A DNA stretch of 64,000 nt from the NCBI RefSeq assembly GCF_009914755.1, contig NC_060928.1, one strand, 5' to 3'. This DNA is from the human T2T-CHM13v2.0 reference genome, Homo sapiens. A program made the position numbers and the translations under genes. This document shows, piece by piece, positions 51,286 through 64,000 of the stretch. The notes below the pieces were generated by a model, which saw only the letters and a program-made list of their open reading frames with translations, was not told where the DNA came from and did no database searches. Each line of letters opens with the position of its first letter. Positions within the stretch are counted from its first letter, which is position 1.

Positions 51286-53343
51286 AGAAGTAGAAACATA
51301 GGACAATGAAATCTCAGGCCTGACTTATTCATTCAGTAACAGAACTATAACTGGACTCCAGGTCTCCAAATCGTGGGCCTCATATACATAGGTGCTTAAT
51401 AATAGCTGTTGAATAAACTGATGATTCATTTGAATCAAAAGGGGAAAGTGACTCAGTTAAGTAGGAGGTGCCAGGCTCACAGACCTGGGAGGAAGACCAG
51501 GGATTATTTCTCATTATAAAGACGGAAAAATTGAGAGTCAGGAATGTTAAGTGTCATGCCCAAGTCTCCTTGCTAGTAAAGGGCAGAACTGCGGTGACCT
51601 GATTCTAAGGCTACCGTTCTTGCCTTGGGCCAAGCAGCCTTTCAGGAAACCCAGATAGTTAATATGTGAATTCTCCCTCTCTCCCAAATCATCATGAGTA
51701 TCGAATGAATTCAGGCCTGTGTGAGTTACTTTCAGCAATAACATCTCTTTTTAAAATGTTGCATTTGCATCTTTTATCTGCAAGACTCTGATTAATTATA
51801 AAAACTGATAAAATTTTGGTTCATAGTGACAGGATGTGTGCTGCATAATTAGAATGGGGTGAATCACACCAGATGGGGCATCACACAAGTCTGCGTAAAA
51901 AAAGATGAACCACAAAGGGCAAATAGAAAGTGACAAAAGTAAATGCAGAAACCATAGCTGAAAATAAAAGGTGTCTCAGAGTAATTGCTGGCTCCAGAGC
52001 TCATTCCCACGTCTGCACTGCCACTCTTGCTACAGATATCCTTGCATTTATTCACCTAACATGTATAAATGAGAGGATCATTAATCATGCATTCATATTA
52101 TTATTTAGAACTATTTATTGTCCTTTGTTCTTAAAGCAAAATGACCTTATTTCAAATAGGAGGGAAAGTAAAATTTTTATGAAGTCTTTATTATATCTGC
52201 TCAGTTAAAATAATAATAAATTTCCTATTAATAATACTTGCCTGATATATAAAAATTCAAAAAAGGCATTCATAGCAAACTCTTATTTTTGAGGGGGGTG
52301 TGTTGAATATTCTTCAAATACAATATTTTTATTTGCTCTTTACTACTCCATGATAGTAATACAGCATAATTTACTCAGTTTTCTCTATGGTAAATTTTGG
52401 TAATTTCTAATTTGGAAAAGTAATGATTAGTGGGCTCAGTTTTGTGCTTTGAATTAATTGGCAGATTTTTAAAAACTAAGATTATGAAAATCAGATAATC
52501 TAAATTGTACACACTGTTCTATGACTGTTGACAGTCATATTGTTGAAGGATGTTGTTAGCTAAATTACATGAAACCAAAATAACCATTAATAAATTTTCA
52601 TATGTTAGTATTCAAATCCAGGAATTACAACACCCTGAAATTACCAAAAGCTCAAATAATAATAACACAAAGTGGAGGGAAAAGGAAGAAACATGAGCTT
52701 TGGAATCAGACCAAGCCAAGCGTGATCCAGTCACACAGCCAAGTAACTGACATGCAGTCCTTCTTTTCTCTTACCCTGTTAATGCAGACACTGAACTACC
52801 TTTCCCCAGGAATATACAGATAATGATAGCCCAACCTGCTGTTTATTAACCTTTGTTTTTTCTACATAATTATATGGTCTCCTTTTTAATTTGCATATGT
52901 GAACACAATGTAAAATAGCTAATTGTGTTTGTTACTAATTGCATTTTTAATTCACTATCACAAAGATTCTGCCTTAGCCAACACAACAGAAGTGCTATTA
53001 TAGAACAATTATCACTTCTAATGTGTCAAGACCCAGGAAAATAAGGCACTTCAGACATCATGGACCCTTACACTTCCCTTAATGTTCTGGATGTGCCCTT
53101 GTCCTCGAGTCAAGGTTTATGCCATTTCCTCAAGTTTGCCTGGTGACAGTCTCTCCTCTTTCACAACTCAGCTCAAGCCTCAGTCCCTCAGGGAAGATTT
53201 TCAGGCCCCTGGATAGAAATAGTCACATTTTTCTACGTGCTACCGTGGCACCACACAATTGCTGGTCTGAACATCAAACTCACTTTCCCGGACTTGTCTG
53301 TGCATGTCCATACCCTCTGCTCACCTGTGTGCTCCTGGAAGGC

Positions 53344-53712
53344 TGATATGGTTTGGCTGTGTCCCCACCCAAATTTCATCTTGAACTGTAGCTCCCATAA
53401 TTCCCACGTGTTGTGGGAGGGACCTGGTGGGAGATAATTGAATCATGGGGGCGGTTTGGTTTTCCCCATACTGCTCTCATGGCAGCGAATAAGCCTCACA
53501 AGATCTAATGGTTTGATAAAGGGAAACCCCTTTCGCTTGGTTCTCATTCTCTCTCTTCCCTGCAGCCATGTAAGATGTGCCTTTTGCCTTCTGCCATGAT
53601 TACAAGGCCTCCCCAGCCGTGTAGAACTGCGAACACATTACATCTCTTTTTCTTTATAAATTATCCAGTCTTGGATATGTCTTTATCAGCAGTGTGAGAA
53701 TGGACTAATACA
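53344..53712 (+). mobile_element. THE1 solo LTR inserted in L2
   Basis: tgatatggtttggctgtgtccccacccaaat...ggactaataca; degenerate TSD aaggc/aatgc. Confidence 0.95.
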
Positions 53713-54619
53713 AATGCATAAACAGGTACCTTAGCCATAGCCTCTCCAGAGGGCCAGATGCAGGGTCTTGTATAGAATGGTGTGCATAGGTGCTTTCGGC
53801 TTGCAGTGAAGAAGTTGTGGGACTTTTCTTGCGGCCATATTAAGCATTCTTGTTTTGCATATTGCTTTGTAACAGGACATACACATGGCAAAGTCTTCTA
53901 AGAATGCTTTTATTTCTACTTCTATACAACAGAAAAAAGTTGAAAGTGCTCGTGGAAAATGATAGTGTCAGTAGTGATGTTTGCAGGCATTGTTGGGGGA
54001 AGGCTGCTAATGGAGTTTATAAAAGACCTCCATCTGTCTGCCCATGGCAATGCCACTAAACGCTTTTCAAAACTCAGTGTTATCCCAGAATGTCAGAGAC
54101 AGAACTCCTCAGACAGCATCCTGAGATGTAGGCTGGAACACTGCCGGCCCCTACCCCCGACTCTGTCACGAAAAATGCTGAAATGGTTATCACATTATAA
54201 ATTAATTTTTAACACAAGTCTGTTTTATTTTGAGCTTGTATAAAATTCCCAGTAGGTTTATGAAGTCTGGATTAATCATCAAGTCCTCCCCTATAATTTT
54301 CTAATTAATTCCACAAGAGACCCTGCTTTGATAAATTTAAAGACTTCATTGTATTTAGTTAATTAAGAAATTGAAGGCATAGATTTTATCATTACTATAG
54401 ACAGCCCCAGCTGACCTATAGTGGTGTTTGACTAGCTGCTATGAACCTAGAAAAATTGGGTCCTGACAACAACCTCCTTAGTAAACAGTGAGTGATCCCA
54501 GAAACAGAGTTGAACCTGGCAGAGAACAAAAGTTCCATATTACATTAAAGTAGATGCAGGAAAACTGCAAAGTTTCATTTCCAAGCAAGAAAAAAGAATG
54601 GTCTGAATGTTGCTCACTG

Positions 54620-54990
54620 TGTGTGGTGTATAATCTGTAATACTAACGAGTAAGAGCTTCACAATGAAAATGATCCAGATTTGAATTCTCATTCACCATG
54701 GCACCAGCTGTGATCCTGAGCAAGTTACTAAACCTCTCTGAAACTTTTTAAATGTAGCACTTGGTGCATTGTTAAAGATAATAAAACATGACAATTATCA
54801 TTATTATCATCATTATTATTTACAGATGCTTTCACAATAATTGCTTAATCCTAAAAAATACTAGAAAATCGAGTCAAATTATCTCTTTTAGAAATGAAGA
54901 AACAAAGCCTCAAATCATTAATGGAACATTTCTAATGTCACACAGCTAACAAGAGGGGAACATGGAATTCAAACCCAGTGTCTTTCAATT
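54620..54990. mobile_element. Two MIR fragments in opposite orientation
   Basis: tgatcctgagcaagttactaaacctctctg; tcacacagctaa...aattcaaacccag. Confidence 0.7.
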
Positions 54991-55207
54991 AGCTCATGTC
55001 TCTCAAGGAATATTAGTAATGTTAGTAAACATAGTTAGCGTTAAAGAGATGATTTTACGTCTCACACAGTAACCTATTTATGGAAATTGATATCAATCTC
55101 TTACTTTGAAATATAAAGTTTCCTTTTTAAATAAATATATGTATATAAAAAAGTCAGTTGAGCTGAAGACAGATGTCTTAAGTAAATCATTGTCTGGGTG
55201 ACACATG

Positions 55208-55668
55208 TGTATTTGTTATCTGTTGTTACATAACAGATTACTCCCAAACTTAGCCACTTAACAAACATTTATTGTCTCGGTTTATGTGAGCCAGGAATCT
55301 GTGTAGGGTGTGGCTTGGTGGATGTTCCTAGTTCAGAGTCTCTCATGGGGCTAGTATCAAAGTGTCAGTGTCCATAGGGTTGGGCCTTTGTCCTTCCAAG
55401 TCTCACCCATCCCCCTCTGCCCTCTTCCCCAGTCCTGGACCTGCAGGTTTAGCTTCCAACCTCTCTCTACATGGTTGCCTGCAGGGCTCTGGGTTGTGCT
55501 GGCTGTTGTCTGAAGACGTCAGTACCTTGCCACATAGGCATCTCCATCAGACCCCTCACAACATGCAGCTCATTCTATTCATGAGAAGTGCGTCATTAAA
55601 TCCATCCCACATGCACGAAGGAGGGAGTTACCAAAAGGCAGGGGTCATTTTAGGGGCTGCCCACCACA
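55208..55668 (-). mobile_element. MLT1F-like MaLR LTR
   Basis: gttatctgttgttacataaca...cccaaacttag...acatttattgtctc...ctgcccaccaca. Confidence 0.8.
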
Positions 55669-56379
55669 CACCTGTGTATGAAGAAAGTTACAACAATTAC
55701 ATTCTAGTCATTACGTGCAAATTACTAAAGTTTGGGAATGCACTTACTAAACATATCATCTCCAAAAAGGAAGATTATCTCAGAAAACGAGTTCTGCCTT
55801 TAATCCTGACTCTGGCATTTAGAAACCTGGCTGTGTAGCAGGTTTTTTAACTGCACTTCCAGCCCTGATGCTCCTGTTTCCTCTTCTGCCTGTCTTGGCA
55901 TGTTGTGTAAAGACACAAACACACAGACCCACCATTTCAGGAGAGCTCAACTTTCCCAAACAATTCCTATATTCCTTTACCTCTGAGTGTCTGTTCATGC
56001 CCATCCCAGTGTTTATTTAGAATGACTTTTCCCACCATTTTACTCCATCCCAATATTTTCTGACTGTTAAAACTCTACATATCCCCAAAGGCCTCGTTCA
56101 AAAACTCCATTTTCTTCATGGAGCCGTTCCCAGCCAGAAGGGAATTCCTCCTGCTTGTTCCTAGAGCAGCATCCCTGTCTCTCTGTAATACCATTTATTC
56201 CATTCTGCTTTGAGACAGACATCAAAAGACAAACAACTAACGCCTCCTAAATGGGCATATTCTCTGCAGCACGGATGTAAAGAACTAAGTGTCATCATCT
56301 TCATTTTAGCATGAAAATGTGAAGTGTACAAAGTGTGGTAACCAGTCTTGACCCCCGGTGATGCTTTCCTGGGGATACT

Positions 56380-56797
56380 CATGCTGGTGTATGGGGCATC
56401 CAGGCTGTCCCATGTGACTGATAGGATACAGCAAAGGTAAACGTGTGACTTATGGGGCTAGGTCATCTTTGAAATTGCTCACTCTGGAAAAAGCCAGCCA
56501 TTGTGTCCTCAGGATGCACTCAAATAGGCTGGGGAGAAGTTCAAGTGGTAAAAACCTCAGTCCTCCCTCTAACAGGGGCCACATGAGACAGCTAGGCTGA
56601 AAATGGATTTCTAGCCACACTTAAGCCTTTACTACTACCCTGGCCAATATCTGATAAACTCATGAAAAATCTGAGCTAGAAAAGTTGACCTCAAATTCCT
56701 GACCCACTGAAGTAGTGAAAGAAAATAACTGCGTATTTTTTCTTTGAACCATGAAGTTTTGGGGCAATCAGCTATGCACCAATATGTACCTAATATG
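56380..56797 (+). mobile_element. MLT1 (H-like) LTR; 5' boundary approximate
   Basis: aattcctgacccactgaa...aagttttgggg...tatgcaccaatat...ctaata. Confidence 0.7.
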
Positions 56798-57439
56798 CAA
56801 AACTGAAGAAACTTGCCTGAGGCAAGTAAGCAAGTCACAGTGGCCTCTTCATCAGTAAGGGAGAAAAAAAAATCTCCTGCCTTTTCTCCTTTCTTCAGTC
56901 ACTAGTTACACCCAACTAGGTTCAGCTTTGTGTAAAGATATCTTCAATATCTGTCTGAAATTCTACTTCCCCTTTGAACTGTGATGGAGGGAGAAAGGGT
57001 ACATTGTAAATGTTGGTATGTAGCAGAGTATAAAGTCCCCATCACTCCACATAAGGCATCACAGGGACTTTTGATTCTCTGGAAGAAGCCAGAGAGATCC
57101 AGCCAAACTCCAGTGCTGAACAGGCAACCCAGGTCCAGAGGATGAAATAACTTTCCTAAATTCCCACAGTTGCTTCGTCATAGAATCCAGTATAAATTAT
57201 AGGTCTCCTAACACCCAGCGTATGTTTTTTGAAGGAAGATCAAGTATCAAAAGTCAAATCAAAGACCCCTTTAATTTCCATCCCTTCCCTTTATTCTCAG
57301 GCTTTGAAATGTTTATGTCTTGTAAGTTTGCATGTACTCAGGAATACTCAGCCTACACTATTTTATCATGGATAAATGTGAGGTTTTCACTGGGGACATA
57401 TAATAGAAATAGTTGAAGGAAGCCTGAATTGCTCTCTTT

Positions 57440-57549
57440 GGGAGCCCCTTAATGTACTCAAGTCCAGGTTTGAGGAATATTAACCTTGAACCAATTTTGG
57501 TATCCTGTTGGATTTTCTACAGCAGCATTTGATCCTTTTGATCCTGTCT

Positions 57550-57596
<47 letters not shown>

Positions 57597-58095
57597 GCTT
57601 GAAACCCTCTTTCTTCTACCTTGTCTTCCTGGACATCCTTCTTCCTTGTTCTTCTCCCGACTTTCTAGCCATTCCCTCTCAGTCTCCTGGCCTGGATTCA
57701 CTTCCTCTGCCAGCCACTTCATTGTTGGCATAATCCAGGGTTTTGTCCTTCACTTTTCTTTTCTCTCATGCATAAAAAGCTTTCCTTTCTTATTTTCTTC
57801 AAGAACACTTACTCTTTCATCAAAATAGAGAATAGATGTCACTTTCTTTGCAGTGTTTTCTGCAACCTCCCCTAGAATAAATCCTTCTCTCCTTTCTGCT
57901 AGCTTTTTATCATTTTCTTGCTTCTACCAAGGCATTTATCACACTCAGAAGTTATCTGCAGACATGTCTGTCTCCTCTACTAAACCCTGAGCTATGTTAG
58001 CTTAGGTCCTAGACTTATTCATCTTGGCATCAGCAATGCCCAGTCCAGAGCCCAGAATCTAGCAAACACTCAATAAGTACTCAATGAATGGGACT
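57440..58095 (+). mobile_element. L2 fragments
   Basis: tgtctgtctcctctactaaac...aacactcaataagtactcaatgaatg. Confidence 0.65.
57552..57596. repeat. (ATT)15 microsatellite
   Basis: Direct reading. Confidence 0.97.
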
Positions 58096-58495
58096 GAACC
58101 AATCATTAAGATGGAAACATTAGGTAAATGTCTTCGGATGTGCCCCTATAAACAACTATGGCTTCTGTTTTCCCAATACAATTGTATTTACCAAAACAAC
58201 TTCAGGAGAAGGAGTAGTGCTCACATCCTAAGTCAAACCTGTTAAAAACATAGCAGTCACTTTATTAGGCATACAACTGAATGGAGAGAGAAAATTCCAC
58301 CTGCGTGATGGTCACTGGGGAAATCACGATTCAAAATTGCTGGAAGCAAGAAACAGAGGAAGAAGAATTTAAAGTCCCTCAAAGACTCTTAAACACAGTT
58401 CAGGAAATGCCATTACTCTAAATTGGTGAAGTATAACATATTGATTAGTATGTATATCCACCAACGGAGTGAGAGAATTAGCATATGATTACTTC

Positions 58496-58794
58496 AGTGT
58501 TCCCCAAGTCTATTCCACAGAGCCCTAATGCTACAAAGTGTTTCTCGGGGGAGGAAAAATAATGTTTCTCTGGACAATTAAGTCTAGAGAATGCAACAGA
58601 TGATACTGTCTTGTTTCCATTTCATATATCACATTTGCATGACAAAGTCATTGAGAAGCCTTTCAGTAAAGAAATATATTTAAGTTTGTTTAAGCGTTTT
58701 TCAAACTTGCTGAACTGCAGCATTGTTTCTCTCCTACCAACTATTATCACCCTGTGGAAATAATATTCTGTGCAGACACTTGGGGAAATGCTTG
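58496..58794. mobile_element. hAT-Charlie MITE
   Basis: Degenerate TIRs cagtgttccccaagt ... acttggggaaatgct. Confidence 0.65.
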
Positions 58795-59069
58795 CCTAGC
58801 TCCAGAACGCCTAATTTTGGTCCATATCATTTGCTTGGAGTTGTCAGTTTTGGAGATACCTATGCAGCCTGCAGCCATTTCTCTTCAAACAGATCTAAAT
58901 GAGTGGGTGAATATAACCTCCACATTAGTAACCATATTAGGCCATCCCTGACCCATAGGCAGTGCTTAGTTAGATTAGTAGAAAGGGTCATATTCTTTTC
59001 CTTTCAAATCAAGACTCGGAAGTTCTAGGTCGAACTCAGATGGTTAGGTTGAGCTAGGGCTATCGGGAT

Positions 59070-59153
59070 TCTTTCTCTCCATATTTACTCGGAAGCATCT
59101 TTCTCTCCATATGTACTCAGAAGCATCTTTCTCTCCATATGCACTTGGAAGCA
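59070..59153. repeat. 28-bp tandem repeat x3
   Basis: tctttctctccatatttactcggaagca and two variants. Confidence 0.95.
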
Positions 59154-59434
59154 GATAAAGGTGACCCTCAGAAAGAAGTCAAGCAAATGATTAATCAGAT
59201 CCTTGGAAAGAAGCAGGACTGAGAGAACTCGAGTTCCCCAAGAGAGGAAGGGACTTCATTCTATTGGCATTCTGACCCCCATGAAGTCCAGCTAAACTTC
59301 CCCCTCAAGGATATTATAAAATACCCCTGCACACCCTCACGGAGAGCCTCTTTTGTATCAGATGCTATTTTTTAGAAAAATTATTAACCTAGAACTGAAG
59401 AGTCTTAACTAATATATTGGATGAGAAATAGATG

Positions 59435-60090
59435 CATATGAGTTCAACAATCATTTATTAAGTGCCTATTATGTGTCAAGCCCTACACTGTGTGTTATGA
59501 GGCTTGAGAAAGTAAAAAAAAAAAAAAAAAAAAAAAAGCCTTTGTCCTGTAAAAGTTTACCAGTTTACTAACGGGAGATATATTCCCAGGAGCAGATTTA
59601 ACTAGAATCTGGCAATTGCTAGATAAAGGTGTGTTAAAGAACATTTATCTAACACATGATGGGTATAGGCAAAAAAAAAAAAAAAAATAGTTTCCTGAAA
59701 TATGCAGTTCTTAAGATAAAACTTGAAGCTTGAGTTGTCCAGGTGAAAAAAGAACATCAAGGGCATTTTAGACAGGAGGCATTGCTTATGCCAGGGTGTC
59801 TATGTGTGAAGCAGTTATGAGCATGCAGAGGAAAAACATTGATGATTATGGCTAGAGCTTGGAGAACGGGAGACCTAGCCAGAGACGTGTAAATAAGGGA
59901 AGAAGAGCCATCCTAGATATTAGGATGTTGCCACGTCAAAGAAAAAGCAGGTTCCAAGCAGAAAGGAAACATAGTCAGGTTTGCATGTCGGAAAGGCGTT
60001 TTTAGTAATTGCAAGTAAAATGATTTTGATGTGAGCAAGACAGAAGGCAGAGAGACCAGGTAACTGACGGACAGTAGGAATGGACAGACA
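59435..60090 (-). mobile_element. L2 3' region with internal A-runs
   Basis: ttcaacaatcatttattaagtgcctattatgtgtcaag. Confidence 0.75.
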
Positions 60091-61470
60091 GATGAAAATC
60101 AATCATGGAATAATAAATTAAAATTAATTAATAAAAAGTTAGTGAAGAAAATGTCCTTAGAGACATAACTGGTACTTAGGAATTACTCTTCTCCAACCCT
60201 CAAAGTATAGATTCTTTTGCTTCAGTATGAACTATGTATTTTCCAGCAACTCTGCACTCCTGTCCTCTAGATAAATCTGTTGTGTAAAGCCGAAGTGGAT
60301 CTAAAATCAATGGTATTGAGTTACCAGGTCCCCATGCTCACCCTGTCAATGGAACTGGGAGTTAGGAGATGAGACATTCTTGCAGGAAAAAGATTTCTCT
60401 CCTTGGGCAGGTCCCATGGCCTCTGCAGGTCTGAGTTCTTCATCTTTAAAAAGGGTTAATTGGATTAGATCAGTTGTTGCAAAAATTTTATCCTATAGTA
60501 GATCTTCTTACCAGTGGAAAATGTTCATAAAAATCCTATGTTTAAAAACAGGTGTTAGTGGAGCCACATTATCTGAGGGAGAGAGGAGAAAGCCCCAAAT
60601 CCTGTTCTTCAGCACCTGCAGTGGGCTCTGAGATAGCTGAACAGAATCCTAGAAGTTCTGGAAAAGACTATTTAAAAACAAAAGCATCTCTGCCATCCAG
60701 TTTAGCCTTTTGTATAACCTCTTTATGTTTCATCAGTGGCTGTTTTATCTACATGAGCTGGTCTCTGGCCTCCAGGGTATGTGATTTGCCTCGAAGAGCT
60801 CCTAACATGGGCAGGAGGAGTTTTAGTTATTAATTATAATTGTGTTTTCCCAATATGTTGAGATGTATTGAAAGGAATATTTCTCAATAGAATACCTGTA
60901 AAGTATGCTACTAAAGGAATACCTGAGTCCCAGCATGGAAAGGATATCACACTGAAAAACTGTCCTGGACTGAAGCCTGGACTTCAAGTTACCTCTGGTT
61001 TGACCTTCGGGCAACTTAGGAACTGCTCAGCCTCAGGGAGTCCTTCCGTTCCTGGGGTTAAATAATGCCAGCCCAGGCTTCTCCAGGTTTCCTATGAAAG
61101 TGCAAATAGCATGATATTTGTGAAAGGGATTTTTATTCTACAAATGCTAACAATTTTTATTAAAAAAATCTGTCAATGCTCATGACATTCTGTGATGAAA
61201 TCAGAACACCAAAATGAAAATTTTATTAACAAAACAAGCAAACATCCACACTACATATTAAATTATCATCACGGCAAAATGATCAATGCCAAGCCATATG
61301 GTGAGGCGATTCGAACGTGGCGTAATTGTATGAAAATTGCTGGAGAGCTAGCCCTGGGTTGATAAAATGAGTCCAATAACTGTTTTCTCATTTTGTTGGG
61401 AGTGCTTTCCTATTCTCGCAGTAACGCGCCTCCACATTTTCTCTGTTGCACTTGATAAGGGCAAATTGGC

Positions 61471-61508
61471 ACTGTGGGATGGAACAGAGCTTTGTTCCAT
61501 CCCACAGT
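61471..61508. repeat. Near-perfect 38-bp palindrome (16-bp perfect arms)
   Basis: ACTGTGGGATGGAACA-gagctt-TGTTCCATCCCACAGT. Confidence 0.97.
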
Positions 61509-62136
61509 TCAGCCTCCAATTGACTGGAAGAGTTGTAAAAATTGTTTTCCCTTTGTTCAGAGACACTTATCAAGGCCCAACAAGGAAGGTAATATGGGCC
61601 ACTCGCCAGGCAGACAAATCTCTCGAAACAGACAGCACCAAGCCCCCCAGCTTAAAGAAATTGTGAGACTTTGCCAGTCCTGGAAAATAAAGAACTTTCT
61701 GAAGCAGATTGCTTAATAAGGGGTACCCAACAGAGTAATTTAGTGAAGTATTTCAAAGAGCTATTCAGTTGTGGTATTGTAACCTCACAGTGTTTGTGGG
61801 AAAAGCAGCTTACTGCACAATATTCTGCTTGATTTGTGGCTGCTTTTCCTTCTAATATACTCAGTACCTGACAGGTAACCTTCATTAGAATTATAATTTT
61901 TAAAATCATTACCAAATCTCCAAACCTCAGGATTGAAAATAATCTTAAAAAGAAACAAATAAACACTATTTCCAACCAGTCACCAGAGAATACAAGTTCC
62001 ACTGGCAACCAGCTATATTTTCTCACTTCCACCTGTGGACACTGGAGCCTCACTACCTATTAAAAAAGTATAAGTCCACTCATATCACTGCACTTAGGCT
62101 CCTAAGCCTGAAATGCTTTCTTTTCATCTTTACCTC

Positions 62137-62834
<698 letters not shown>

Positions 62835-62849
62835 GCCTTCTAGAATGGT

Positions 62850-62980
62850 GGGTAGTTGGAGCTGGAAGGAACATTATACCCATGTAGCCCAGTGCTCATG
62901 TTTTGTATCAGAGAGAACTGAGGCACAAAGAAAGTAAGTAAGTAATTTGTTAAGGTCAAATAGCTAGGAAGTAGGACAGA
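62850..62980 (-). mobile_element. MIR
   Basis: gaactgaggcacaaag...aaggtcaaatagctag. Confidence 0.7.
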
Positions 62981-63719
62981 TGGATGATAACAACAACAAC
63001 AATAGTAGTGACATCAACAATGGTGCTAGGTTTTGATCTATTGTTTTTCTACATTCTAGTTGGCTTTATCTCATTTTCCATATAAAATGATACATTAGAA
63101 ACTGTGCTAGGGAAAGAGTCAGTAGAACACTCATAATCCCTATTCTCCCTAAGTGACTTGAGAGACAACTTAATCTTTCTGCCTTCGATTTTCCTGTTTC
63201 AAATTGAGAATAAAGAAATGCATACAGTATTTATAAAAGTGCCTATTGTGAACCAGGTGGATAAATCTTATTAGACCCAAAAGGTAAGTATTATTGGCTC
63301 TATTTTACAGGTAAAGTCATGGAAGAACAAGGGTTTTAGGTGATTTGCTCAAAATTCTTCAGCCCAAAGAGCTCAAAGGAAGATTAAGAAGCCAAGTCTG
63401 TCTGAAGTCAGAAACTGCAGAATCACCACAGAGAAGGCCCAGGCAGACATCAGTCAACTGAAGACCAGGCTTACATATTTGGGGGAAGGATTTCTTTAAG
63501 CACTTTGTTTTCAAAGGTTGCCAAACAAAACCAAGCAATAGTAATGTACTATTATAAAGAAAGCCTTTATTAAATGACTCTCAGTGTCAAAATAGGTGTT
63601 GAAGTTGGCAGCTTCTGCCTGGATCTCTCCAGAAATGAAATATAACAACAGACAAAGCAGAGCTGGTGATTTCAGAGCTGCAAGGATATTCGTGCAAACC
63701 ACTTTCACTACTTTTTTTC

Positions 63720-64000
63720 TGTCTACCAGCTTCTGGTGTGCCTCTGCTCCCAACAGTAGCAATTAGAGGGCTGCCCTCAGACTACCAGGACCCTCATTAC
63801 CTGCATACATAACAACGCGTAGAACCAGAAGTATCTGTGAATGTATACCAACTCCTCCTCATGACTTAACCAGTGATGAGGGCAGGAGTATAAATACCCC
63901 AGTCCTCTTGCTCTGATTCAGAAACTCTGAGAGTGACTATCACTGTTTTCACTGTTTCCAAGGCTCCCTTCTGGGATGGAGCCCAAGTCACCCTCCAAAG
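63720..64000 (+). mobile_element. LTR16-like ERVL LTR, cut by the window edge
   Basis: aaccagtgatgagggcaggagtataaataccccag...ctctgag. Confidence 0.6.

Noticed and set aside
55362-55838. 158-aa ORF
   Set aside because: Mostly inside an MLT1 LTR; no recognisable homology
57480-57828. Poly-Asn / poly-Leu signal-peptide-like ORFs
   Set aside because: Artefact of (ATT)15
61474-61505. Paired RBPJ (SPS) site within the palindrome
   Set aside because: GTGGGAT mismatches GTGGGAA and the spacing is 18 bp rather than about 16

Overview
Primate (human-like) non-coding genomic DNA, either intergenic or deep intronic. I find no credible protein-coding exon, RNA gene, CpG island or CRISPR array, and I cannot assign a chromosomal locus. 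Much of the window is interspersed repeat: about 14 Alus, L1 fragments, many L2/MIR relics, MaLR/ERVL/ERV1 LTRs (including a two-LTR THE1 provirus with an intact TSD) and hAT-Charlie/Tigger DNA transposon relics. All repeat family calls come from remembered consensus sequences, not from an alignment. The longer ORFs I examined are repeat artefacts or decayed transposon frames. The most distinctive feature is a ~1.16 kb minisatellite (46 units of 25 bp) that arose inside an old MLT1 LTR. It has higher-order structure and keeps a CANNTG E-box in every unit. Also notable are a near-perfect 38-bp palindrome in apparently unique DNA, a twin-primed (5'-inverted) L1MB, DUX4-type motifs in THE1/MLT2A LTRs and a closely spaced inverted Alu pair. 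The sequence alone does not establish a new biological system; the findings below are leads to test.
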